In this document: positions 37,742 through 45,497 of the stretch, in pieces
Layout: every line of letters starts with the position of its first letter
Position numbering within the stretch: the first letter of the stretch is position 1
Source of the DNA: a virus
Lineage: Duplodnaviria; Caudoviricetes
DNA: 64,000 nucleotides
Reading direction: 5' to 3' (one strand)
IMG/VR virus record: IMGVR_UViG_2772190730_000001
Coordinates: 1 to 64,000 of that record
Notes under the pieces: model-generated
What the model saw: only the letters and a program-made list of their open reading frames with translations
What the model was told of the DNA's origin: nothing
Databases searched by the model: none
Position numbers and translations under genes: made by a program

Positions 37742-38455
37742 TCACCAGCGTGAGGCGGTCCCTGGGCGGGCCAGGGTGGGCCGCTTGCGGGCGTTGCCCG
37801 CGTGCCCACCAGCTGACTGGTTGCACCTGCTGTGTTCAGGCCTCGTGTCTTCGATGGTCCAGGTGGTGCGGGTGTCGTGGACCCTGAGCTCTATGTGGCC
37901 GACGTCGAGGCTGTCTGGTCCGCGTCTGCCGTCGTATCTGATGGGCTGGCCGGGTAGGAGGCAGCGGGGGGCCTGGCAGGTGGGGAGGCGTAGGGCTTGC
38001 CAGTGGGCTCGGATGGCTCGCCATTGGCTGGTCTTGAGGTTGGGGTCGCCGGTGCTGCGCCGGGGTGCTGCCTGGCCCCGTGCTGGGGTGGCGCTGTCGG
38101 GGCGGTAGCGGGTCCACCAGGTGTCGACGGCGGCCATCTGCCGGCGGATGTGCTGGCTGGTCTGGCCTCGCTGGGCGATGCGTTGGCGGCAGGTGTCGGC
38201 GTCGACCAGGAGGAGGCGCTGTTCGGTGGCTGCGACGAGGCGGGCTGCTTGGGCTCGGGCGTTGGGGGTTGAGCCGGCTCGGATGACGACGGCCTGGGCG
38301 TTGGGCTGCTGGGCGAGGGCGCTGATGGCTCGGCGGAAGTGGGCTTCGCTGGTCCAGCCGGGGTCGTCGCGGTCGTAGACGGCGAGGCCGAGGGTGCGGG
38401 CGAGGGTGGTCTTGCCGGAGCCGGGTGGGCCGAAGATCAGGACGACGCGGCGCAC
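37742..38455 (-). CDS. P-loop kinase (AAA_33-like)-HNH fusion
   Basis: GPPGSGKTT Walker A; C-terminal C..C...DVGH...PEHSRCN. Confidence 0.75.
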   Translation of the reverse strand: MRRVVLIFGPPGSGKTTLARTLGLAVYDRDDPGWTSEAHFRRAISALAQQPNAQAVVIRAGSTPNARAQAARLVAATEQRLLLVDADTCRQRIAQRGQTSQHIRRQMAAVDTWWTRYRPDSATPARGQAAPRRSTGDPNLKTSQWRAIRAHWQALRLPTCQAPRCLLPGQPIRYDGRRGPDSLDVGHIELRVHDTRTTWTIEDTRPEHSRCNQSAGGHAGNARKRPTLARPGTASRW

Positions 38456-38614
38456 CGGTGGGCCACGTTCGTGCTTCGAGGGCGCTCACCGCGCTTGGTC
38501 CAGCATCCACGCCAGCTGCACCGTGTGCAGCGCCAGCGGTCGGTGCTGCGGAACGGGTTCCAGGAGCGGACTCGGACCAGGGCGATGACGGTCTGCGGCA
38601 TGCCGTTCCTCGGT

Positions 38615-38929
38615 TCAGGTGGTGATCAGGAGGCGGGAGATGGTGGGCCGGATGAGGCCGAAGAGGTCGTCCGGGGTGCGGGAGCGCCGGGTCTCGAGAG
38701 GTGGGTCGTAGTCCGGTAGTTCTCCGCGGCGAGGCAGGACCAGGATCTGGCCGGGCGGGCAGAACTCGGAGGGCTGCACCTTGTAAATGCCGGGCAGATC
38801 CTCGATCGCTTCGCGGATGGTGGTCTCGCGGTGGGGTTCGCAGACGATGGTCTGGCGCAGGCTGTCGACCCAGGCGTTGATGTCCCGGATGGGCGCGGGT
38901 ACCTCGTCGTTTGGGTCGGTGGCGGCCAT
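38615..38929 (-). CDS. Phage hypothetical protein
   Basis: GGGAGA RBS, 104 aa. Confidence 0.55.
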   Translation of the reverse strand: MAATDPNDEVPAPIRDINAWVDSLRQTIVCEPHRETTIREAIEDLPGIYKVQPSEFCPPGQILVLPRRGELPDYDPPLETRRSRTPDDLFGLIRPTISRLLITT

Positions 38930-38943
38930 GGCGGATCTCCCGT

Positions 38944-39153
38944 TCAGGTGATGGCGACGATGAGCGCGCCGATGAAGATCAGGCCGAGGACCGTGGTGGT
39001 GAAGAACGCGAGGACCTGGTCGGCCTGGTCGCCGGTGGGCCGCATTGGCCGGCCGCAGTCGGGGCAGGCGCCGGGTGCTTGCCCGGGCTGGTGCGGGTGG
39101 CGGCCGGTCACCGGTCGGCTTGTCCTGGTGCGGGCCGGATCTCGTCGAGCCAT
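38944..39153 (-). CDS. Small membrane protein
   Basis: CPDC motif plus C-terminal TM. Confidence 0.5.
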   Translation of the reverse strand: MARRDPARTRTSRPVTGRHPHQPGQAPGACPDCGRPMRPTGDQADQVLAFFTTTVLGLIFIGALIVAIT

Positions 39154-39443
39154 TCGTGCTGCTCTCCGCTGTTCGGCGGGGATCCAGCCTCAGCCGAGCG
39201 GGGCACTTCGCGGCGGACGGTGAGGGTGACCTGGATGGTGCAGGTGCGGCAGCGCCATTCGCTGGCGTCAGTCTGCTGGTCGCCGTCGTAGCCGGTCTCG
39301 CGGGTGGGCGAGTACAGGGGCTGACCGTGGCAGGTGAGGTGGAAGTCGAGCTGGTCCAGCGGGTAAGCGGTTGGCGCTTCGGGCTGGATGCCGAACATGC
39401 GTCGAGCCCCCGTCCTGGTGGTTGGGGGCTCGTGTCTGGGCAT
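39108..39443 (-). CDS. Phage hypothetical protein
   Basis: ORF with CxxC; start uncertain. Confidence 0.45.
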   Translation of the reverse strand: MPRHEPPTTRTGARRMFGIQPEAPTAYPLDQLDFHLTCHGQPLYSPTRETGYDGDQQTDASEWRCRTCTIQVTLTVRREVPRSAEAGSPPNSGEQHEWLDEIRPAPGQADR

Positions 39444-39556
39444 GGCGAATACGCCATGCCCGTGCCAATTATTTGCTGGGTTTCTGATCGGCGTCAACTA
39501 CACCGGGTGATGTCCGCGTGGCGAGGCGCGCTACTCCGTTGCTGTCGGCGCATCGC

Positions 39557-40198
39557 TCACGGAGCGGCCCACGCCCCGATGCGGGACGGCTCTCCTTCGG
39601 GAGCGGTGATTCCGGGGACCGCGGGCCATGCCTTCACCCGCAGTTCCACGCGGAGCTCGGGGACCGGGTAGCCGTCGGTGACGTCCGCGACGTAGCCGTC
39701 TGTGGTGAGCAGGTGGGTGAGGCGACGGTAGGCGTCTTCGACGGCTTCGGTGATCGCGCGGTGCAGGGCGCCGGGGCGGCTCAGGTACTCCAGTGGTGGG
39801 AGCGGGTGCATGGTGGCCGCGGTGCGCGCGTCGAGGGCCATGGGTTCGCTGGTTCCGCCGGTGAGGTGGTCGCCGTTGCGGGTCAGGGTGCCGGTGGCGC
39901 TGAGGTAGTGGAGGCGGTACTCGGCCGGTCGGATGGCCAGTGTGCTGACGGGGAGCTCGGGGAGTTTGCCTCGTAGGTGGTCTGCGGTCGTTCGGCCGGT
40001 GGGGAGTTCGGTGTCTTCGCCGAGCCAGGCGAGGATTTCGGCGAGGCCTTCGCGGACGATCGCGCGGCCTTCGGCCTGGGCGTCGGTGAGGGGCCGGGTG
40101 CCGATGAGGATGACGCTGTGTCCGTCGGCGTCAATGACGTGCGCGATGTGCCCGTCCTGAAGGGCTTCGGTCGTGGCCAGGCTGGCCGTAGCAGTCAT
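39557..40198 (-). CDS. Phage hypothetical protein (leaderless)
   Basis: ATG 6 nt downstream of TACGCT. Confidence 0.65.
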   Translation of the reverse strand: MTATASLATTEALQDGHIAHVIDADGHSVILIGTRPLTDAQAEGRAIVREGLAEILAWLGEDTELPTGRTTADHLRGKLPELPVSTLAIRPAEYRLHYLSATGTLTRNGDHLTGGTSEPMALDARTAATMHPLPPLEYLSRPGALHRAITEAVEDAYRRLTHLLTTDGYVADVTDGYPVPELRVELRVKAWPAVPGITAPEGEPSRIGAWAAP

Positions 40199-40214
40199 GC
40201 GCTCAGCGTAGGGC
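40196..40214 (-). promoter_or_regulatory. Leaderless promoter
   Basis: GCCC TACGCT GAGCGC ATG. Confidence 0.65.
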
Positions 40215-40222
40215 GGGTGGTG

Positions 40223-40537
40223 TCATTCGCGGTCGTAGCTGAGGCCGAGCCAGGTGAAGGGGACGTCGGGCCCGATGATGCGGAGCACCTTGTCGGTGGC
40301 GCCCTGGAGGACGCCAACGGGGTTGGCCGGGTCGCGGTGTTCGGCCGGGTCGGAACTCAGGGCTACGCCTTCGAAGTCGGCGAGCACGTGGCTGCGTTCG
40401 GCCGTGGCGTCGATGCCGAGCAGGATGTGCTCTCGTTCCGCGGCCTGACTCCAGCTGGCGAGGTCGAGCGGGGCCGACGTTTCGATGCGCACGTGAGCGG
40501 TCCAGCGCAACGCCATCGGTTCGGGCGCGGTGGTCAT
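40223..40537 (-). CDS. Phage hypothetical protein (leaderless)
   Basis: ATG 6 nt downstream of TAGCCT. Confidence 0.6.
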   Translation of the reverse strand: MTTAPEPMALRWTAHVRIETSAPLDLASWSQAAEREHILLGIDATAERSHVLADFEGVALSSDPAEHRDPANPVGVLQGATDKVLRIIGPDVPFTWLGLSYDRE

Positions 40538-40553
40538 GGGCTCAGGCTACGTG
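40535..40553 (-). promoter_or_regulatory. Leaderless promoter
   Basis: CACG TAGCCT GAGCCC ATG. Confidence 0.6.
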
Positions 40554-40710
40554 CGGGTGAGGTTGCGGTCCCAGAACCCGCCGGGGTGGTGGCGTGGGAG
40601 GCGGCCTGCTGTGTGCAGTCGCTGGATCTCGGCCTCGGCGTCGTCGCGGATCCGCCGGGCCACGATGGGACCGACTATTTGGAACTGTCGGCGTAGCCAG
40701 CTCATCACCA

Positions 40711-41130
40711 TCACGCCTGCATCCATTCCTCTTGCCAGCCCGGCCGACCCCGGTAGGGCTGGGCCATGAGGCGCAGCACGTCGTCGATGGCCTCCTCGTA
40801 GCCGGACGTGTGGCTTTCGCACACGGCGGTGTCGCTCCATTTCGCGAGCACGGCCTTTTTGGCAACGATCTCGGCCAGGACCCGGGTGGGCTGCCATGCC
40901 GTGATGTGGCGGGCGTCTGCCTCCGTGACATTGCCGCCATCGCCTGTAAACAGGCAGCTGGTGAGCTGGTGCCCTGGCCGGAGGCTGCTCTCCGCCTCAA
41001 CCCGCAGCGGCGTCCGCCACGTCCAAGTGCCCGATGACGCGGCGCGAGCAACCTGCTCGTCAGCGTCCACCTGCGCGCGGAGCCAGCCGAGCAGGGTGAC
41101 GGGCGGCGCGTCGGCGGCTCGGTGGATCAT
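40711..41130 (-). CDS. DUF6221-like protein
   Basis: WLRAQVDADEQVARAA, HITAWQPTRVLAEIVAKK and VLRLMAQPYRGRPGWQEEW patterns. Confidence 0.7.
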   Translation of the reverse strand: MIHRAADAPPVTLLGWLRAQVDADEQVARAASSGTWTWRTPLRVEAESSLRPGHQLTSCLFTGDGGNVTEADARHITAWQPTRVLAEIVAKKAVLAKWSDTAVCESHTSGYEEAIDDVLRLMAQPYRGRPGWQEEWMQA

Positions 41131-41147
41131 GCGCTCAAGAGTAGGCC
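41128..41147 (-). promoter_or_regulatory. Leaderless promoter
   Basis: GGCC TACTCT TGAGCGC ATG. Confidence 0.6.
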
Positions 41148-41149
41148 GA

Positions 41150-41578
41150 TCAGGTCGCCGTGACCTTGATGCGCGAAGAGGGCGATCGGACCATCTGCTT
41201 AATCAGCATGTCGCGTCGTAGTTCTTCGGCGAGTTCCGCCTGAGCGCAGTCCCGGAGGCTGGTCACCGTCCCCTGCTGCCATGGGTTGGCTTGCAGCCAT
41301 GCGTCCAAGATTCCAAGGTCCGCTTTCGCTTCCCGGCGCTGGTTTACCCAGACGCCGGGTTCCTCGAGCGCCAGCTTCAGGAGCGGGTCCCACTGGTAGG
41401 CGTCCATAGCCACGACGCCAGCGCGTTCGGTCCGGGTGCCTCGGTTCGCGGTGATCGAGCAGCTGGTGATGCCGAATGCGAGGCCGTGGTAGCGGACCTC
41501 GGCGTTGGGGTTGGCGTCGAGGTACTCGCGCAACGCCGGACGCTTGTCGAGGAACTGGGTCACGACGTCAGCGGTCAT
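41150..41578 (-). CDS. Phage hypothetical protein (leaderless)
   Basis: ATG 6 nt downstream of TACGCT. Confidence 0.6.
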   Translation of the reverse strand: MTADVVTQFLDKRPALREYLDANPNAEVRYHGLAFGITSCSITANRGTRTERAGVVAMDAYQWDPLLKLALEEPGVWVNQRREAKADLGILDAWLQANPWQQGTVTSLRDCAQAELAEELRRDMLIKQMVRSPSSRIKVTAT

Positions 41579-41594
41579 GCACTCAGCGTAGGGC
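41576..41594 (-). promoter_or_regulatory. Leaderless promoter
   Basis: GCCC TACGCT GAGTGC ATG. Confidence 0.65.
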
Positions 41595-41596
41595 TG

Positions 41597-41923
41597 TCAG
41601 GTGCCCCAGATCCGGCGGGCGAGCCGGGTTACGAGCTGGCGGTTGCGGCTGCAGCAGCTGCGGTGGGTCCAGGCCCACCGCAGCTGGTCGTGGGTGGGGC
41701 AGTAGCCGCGCAGCCCGACCCGGTAGGCGAGGTGGACTACTGCGGCCCGCCAGTAGCCCGGGCTAGTCCACCAGGGCCACCGGGAGCTCCGGGCTGGGAT
41801 CGGGGGCTCGTGGAGTTCGGGCCGATCGCAACAGGTTTCGAAGCCGCCGCACGTGGGGCATTCGTTTTCGCCGGATGCAGGGCACCAGTAGACCTGCGGG
41901 TGCGTGCACAGGGCCTGGTCCAT
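41597..41923 (-). CDS. Small Cys-rich protein (leaderless)
   Basis: WCPASGENECPTCGGFETCCD cluster. Confidence 0.6.
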   Translation of the reverse strand: MDQALCTHPQVYWCPASGENECPTCGGFETCCDRPELHEPPIPARSSRWPWWTSPGYWRAAVVHLAYRVGLRGYCPTHDQLRWAWTHRSCCSRNRQLVTRLARRIWGT

Positions 41924-41939
41924 GCGCTCAGGGTAGGGC
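41921..41939 (-). promoter_or_regulatory. Leaderless promoter
   Basis: GCCC TACCCT GAGCGC ATG. Confidence 0.65.
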
Positions 41940-42005
41940 TGGGGGTGGGCTCGGGTCCGCCCCTCCGGTACGTGGGCGGTCCCGAGCCGCGTGGCAACGC
42001 GCTGG

Positions 42006-42347
42006 TCAGGCTACCGGCCGCTGCACGTCGGGTCTTGGTGGGCCAGGGCTGACGTCGGGGTCGACCCGGTAGGGGGCCTCGAAGCCGGTGGGGTCTGCTG
42101 GCCCGGTGTAGGGGGTGCCGGGTTCGCGGATGTCTCGGGTGGGGATGGGGTCGGTGCGTACCCCGATGCCTGAGCCTGCGTCCCAGAGGATGAGGGTGGT
42201 TTCTGCGGCGTCGCCTATGGCCCAGGCTTGGACGTCGCGGGCGAGGTGCATGCTGCGCCACCAGAGTCGGGCGATGACGGGGCGGGGCTGGCAGGGGGTG
42301 ATGTCGCCGGCGGGCATGGAGCGGAGGATGCGGGGGACGCTGGGCAT
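42006..42347 (-). CDS. Phage hypothetical protein
   Basis: AGGAG RBS. Confidence 0.5.
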   Translation of the reverse strand: MPSVPRILRSMPAGDITPCQPRPVIARLWWRSMHLARDVQAWAIGDAAETTLILWDAGSGIGVRTDPIPTRDIREPGTPYTGPADPTGFEAPYRVDPDVSPGPPRPDVQRPVA

Positions 42348-42505
42348 GGGAGCTCCTACTGGTGCCCCGCAGGCGCCGGTCTGCGGGGTGTGGGCTCGAC
42401 CCGGGTCCGAGGCTATCGGTGGGCTGGGGGGTGCGCTTCGGCCGTCTGGGCGACACGTCGTTGGACGGTCGGCCTGGTGGAGGGGTGGGGTGGCACGGTG
42501 TGGGG

Positions 42506-42754
42506 ATGCCTCGCCCTGAGCATCGGCCGTCCGCGCGGTACCTGGCGTTGATGAACGGCCAGTACGACGTGATCCGGGAGCGGGCGTGGGATGGGCAACT
42601 GCTGTTGGAGTACGGCGACGAGGGCTGGGTGGCGCAGGTCGCGGTCCGGCCGCCGGGTGCGCATGACCGGTGGGTGTCGGGTGAGGACGTGACGCTGGAG
42701 CTCGCGGTGGCCGCGCTGGAGCGGTCCCTCGGGCTGCCGAAGTGGTCCGGGTGA
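42506..42754 (+). CDS. Small hypothetical protein
   Basis: CACGGT-N6-ATG, probably leaderless. Confidence 0.5.
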   Translation: MPRPEHRPSARYLALMNGQYDVIRERAWDGQLLLEYGDEGWVAQVAVRPPGAHDRWVSGEDVTLELAVAALERSLGLPKWSG

Positions 42755-43234
42755 ACGTGAGGCGGCCCCAGCGCCGCGCGAGCGGGACCGGGGCCTCCTG
42801 GGATCGAGCTTAGATGAACGAGTTGAATCGGGCGCCGGTCACCGGATGCTCGCCGCTGTCTTCGGCCTTTCGGCGGTCCTGGGCCCGTTGGAGCCAGGTG
42901 TCCGGCTGGGTCTGAGGTGCGGGCGTCTCGGGTGGCGTCATGAGTTTGATTATCGGTGCTGCCGTCGGCTTCACCGGCCTGGACATGCCTCGGCCCCGGT
43001 GCGCCGGGGGTGAAGGGCGCGGCCGGGGCCGAGGCGATGCGGTCTGACCGGGCCGCATGGGGGTGATGCTCAACCGACGCTACCCGCCGGTCCGGTCGCT
43101 GTCCGGGGAATCGGGTAGCGGCTGGAGCTTGCCTGCCCGGTGGAGCCGGACAACCTCGGCCGCCAGCTTCTCGGCGAACGCGGCCAGCGCCTGCTCGCGC
43201 GGCACGGGCTCTCGGCTCATCGGCCAGGTGCTGG

Positions 43235-43408
43235 TCATGCTCGGTCCTGGTGCCAGGACCAGATGAGGCCGACGCCGAGCATCGCGGTCGAGAAGAGCCC
43301 GGCCGCTGCTGCTCCGGCGGCCACCAGCGCTCCGGGCCCGGGCGGCAGGTGAGGGGCGAGCAGGAGAGCGACGATCGAGGCCACGAGGGTCCAGAGGCAG
43401 GCGCGCAC
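43235..43408 (-). CDS. Small two-TM membrane protein (57 aa)
   Basis: Translated by hand; hydrophobic; ATGA overlap with a 52-aa ORF at 43080-43238. Confidence 0.45.
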   Translation of the reverse strand: MRACLWTLVASIVALLLAPHLPPGPGALVAAGAAAAGLFSTAMLGVGLIWSWHQDRA

Positions 43409-43612
43409 CCGGTCAGGGTGCCGGGTTGGGCTCCGGCGCTGAGGTGCTTTCCTCGGCGGGTGCAGTGGGCATCCACTGGGAGCACGCCTCGAGGTAGGTG
43501 CCGATCTTGGGGCGGTGGCCCCGGAACTCGGGCCGCCAGTGGCACTCCTCGCACTGCGGGCCGAGGATCTCGTCAGCGTCAGTCACCCGAGCATCATCAC
43601 ACCGCAGCCAGG

Positions 43613-44050
43613 TCAGGCCCGGCGGGGGGCCAGCGCATCCAGGTGCGCCTTCCACCGGTCCCCATCAGGGTTGGCCAGCCAGGTGAGCGAGAGGTACACG
43701 CCATCGGCCCAGGGGTCACCGCTCTTGCGTGCCTTGCCGGCGGCCATGAACTCCAGCAGGAGGTCGTGGGTCGTTCCCTCGACCTCGAGGTGCCGGGCCG
43801 GCGAGAGCTGGACCTGACCGTTGGCCCACTCCATCGCTTCGACGGCGCCGCCCATGGCGATCCGCTCGGCCCTTGTGGCTGGCATCGCGAAGTAGGACTG
43901 AACGCCGCGCATGAGGTGCTGCCAGCGGGCGGCAAACTCGGCCTCGCTGCGGTCTACCCCCGGGCGTAGTGCCATGCCACCAGCATCGCACTGCCCACCG
44001 ACAAAGTGCAGGCCCCGGCCGGCGGATAGCCGAACGGGGCCTGCACTCAC
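43613..44050 (-). CDS. Phage hypothetical protein
   Basis: ORF in a coupled string; start uncertain. Confidence 0.55.
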   Translation of the reverse strand: MSAGPVRLSAGRGLHFVGGQCDAGGMALRPGVDRSEAEFAARWQHLMRGVQSYFAMPATRAERIAMGGAVEAMEWANGQVQLSPARHLEVEGTTHDLLLEFMAAGKARKSGDPWADGVYLSLTWLANPDGDRWKAHLDALAPRRA

Positions 44051-44053
44051 AGG

Positions 44054-44536
44054 TCAGGGGGTCTGCGTGTGCCCGGTGACGTGGACCGTTTCAGGCTGGT
44101 GGTCGTACACCGTGAGGTCGACCTGCTGCGGGGTGGTCGCGGCGACCACCGCCCGGTCCAGGCGGTCCTCGGCTGTTAGAGCGTCCACGATCGCCTCGGC
44201 CACGGCCAGGTCCTCATCGTGCCGCTCAGGCCAGTAGTCGTGACCGTCCAGGCCGTCCTCTCCGGGCGCCTCGTACACCGCGGCGCGGTCGTCCGTGGGA
44301 AGGCCCACGTTGGCCAACTGGTCGATGACGAGTGCGTCTTCCTGGTCGCGTTCCTGGCAGTACTGAGTTTCGGCGGCTTCCTGGGCGCTTTCGACCTGCT
44401 CGTAGTAGTAATCATCAGTGTCGATGTACTCCGGGTGGTCCGGGTGGTATTCGACTCGACCGCCGTGCAGACGCGAATAGTCGCCCATGGGCCCGTCCTG
44501 CCAGCCTTCCGGAACCTCAGGCCGCTGCTCGCTCAT
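44054..44536 (-). CDS. Acidic hypothetical protein
   Basis: ATGA coupling to the upstream gene. Confidence 0.6.
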   Translation of the reverse strand: MSEQRPEVPEGWQDGPMGDYSRLHGGRVEYHPDHPEYIDTDDYYYEQVESAQEAAETQYCQERDQEDALVIDQLANVGLPTDDRAAVYEAPGEDGLDGHDYWPERHDEDLAVAEAIVDALTAEDRLDRAVVAATTPQQVDLTVYDHQPETVHVTGHTQTP

Positions 44537-44877
44537 CGGATCACCACCGCAGCTTCTCGGGCGGCCAGGGCCTGATCGCGCTGCGCCTTGACCTCAGCCA
44601 CGTGCGCCTCCAGGTCGGCATCGACCCTGACCTGGCACAGCTGAACCTTGGACAGCACCGGCGGCACTGATCCTGCGTACGGGTTCGGCATGAACCGGTG
44701 TGACCAGCGAGCGTTGATTTGCTGCTGGATGGAGCACCGCTGCTTAGGGGTGAACCTGCTGGCGTTTGCGGGACGGGTGTCGTTGATCTTCTGGTGCGCG
44801 ATGTAGCACCCGACGAGGCCGCAGAAGATCAGGGCCACCAAAGCGGCGGAAAGAATGATGCTTCCGAGCGCGCTCAT
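44533..44877 (-). CDS. Membrane-anchored hypothetical protein
   Basis: ATG overlaps the stop of the DUF4913-like gene; N-terminal TM. Confidence 0.6.
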   Translation of the reverse strand: MSALGSIILSAALVALIFCGLVGCYIAHQKINDTRPANASRFTPKQRCSIQQQINARWSHRFMPNPYAGSVPPVLSKVQLCQVRVDADLEAHVAEVKAQRDQALAAREAAVVIR

Positions 44878-45497
44878 CGGGACCTCACCCCATCGAGCTG
44901 CACGAGCCCTGGGGCCGGGACGCCCTCGGCCCCCCGGAACGTGACCCACCACTCGGCGACCTCCATGAGGGTCAGCTCCGGTGGGTCGGTCAGCTGGAAG
45001 CAGACTGCATGCTCCAGGGACGTAGCGTCCCGGTGCCGTGTCTCATCGCAGTGCGTCATGGCCTCGGTGATCCCGTCGATGATCGGCCGGCGGGCTTGCA
45101 CCAGCCATCCGGTCATCAGCGCTGGCGCCGCCGGGGAGTCGCAGGCGGCCTTCCAGGTTGCCCTCATGGCGCGGAGATCTTCGACGACCCGGGGGTGCAG
45201 GGGCCAGCACGGTGAAAGCTTGGGATGATGGTGAAGCCAGACGGTACCGACCCACTGCCACGTCTCGACGAGGACGTCTGCCGCCTTCTGCGGGTCGGTC
45301 ATGGTCAGCCACTCCGGGGTGGCAGCTCCCTCTTCGGATGTGGTGGCCGCGCCTCGTTCCTGCAGCGTCGCGAGGCTGTTCATTGCCTTCGTCAACTGCC
45401 GGGTGAGGACCTGCATGGTCTTTTCGGTTGCGCTCTGCCGGGAAGCGATTCCGTTCACCTGCACGCCGAGCTGGTCGAGTTTCGTCTGCTCACTCAT
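44874..45497 (-). CDS. DUF4913-like protein (conjugation-associated)
   Basis: CWPLHPRVVEDLRAMRATW motif; coupled to the T4CP, as is usual in actinobacterial transfer loci. Confidence 0.55.
   Translation of the reverse strand: MSEQTKLDQLGVQVNGIASRQSATEKTMQVLTRQLTKAMNSLATLQERGAATTSEEGAATPEWLTMTDPQKAADVLVETWQWVGTVWLHHHPKLSPCWPLHPRVVEDLRAMRATWKAACDSPAAPALMTGWLVQARRPIIDGITEAMTHCDETRHRDATSLEHAVCFQLTDPPELTLMEVAEWWVTFRGAEGVPAPGLVQLDGVRSR

Noticed and set aside
40196-41939. CRISPR array or integron attC interpretation of the 19-bp repeats
   Set aside because: The intervening sequences are whole genes of 300-640 bp, the repeats are non-palindromic and include the start codon, and there are no cas or intI genes.
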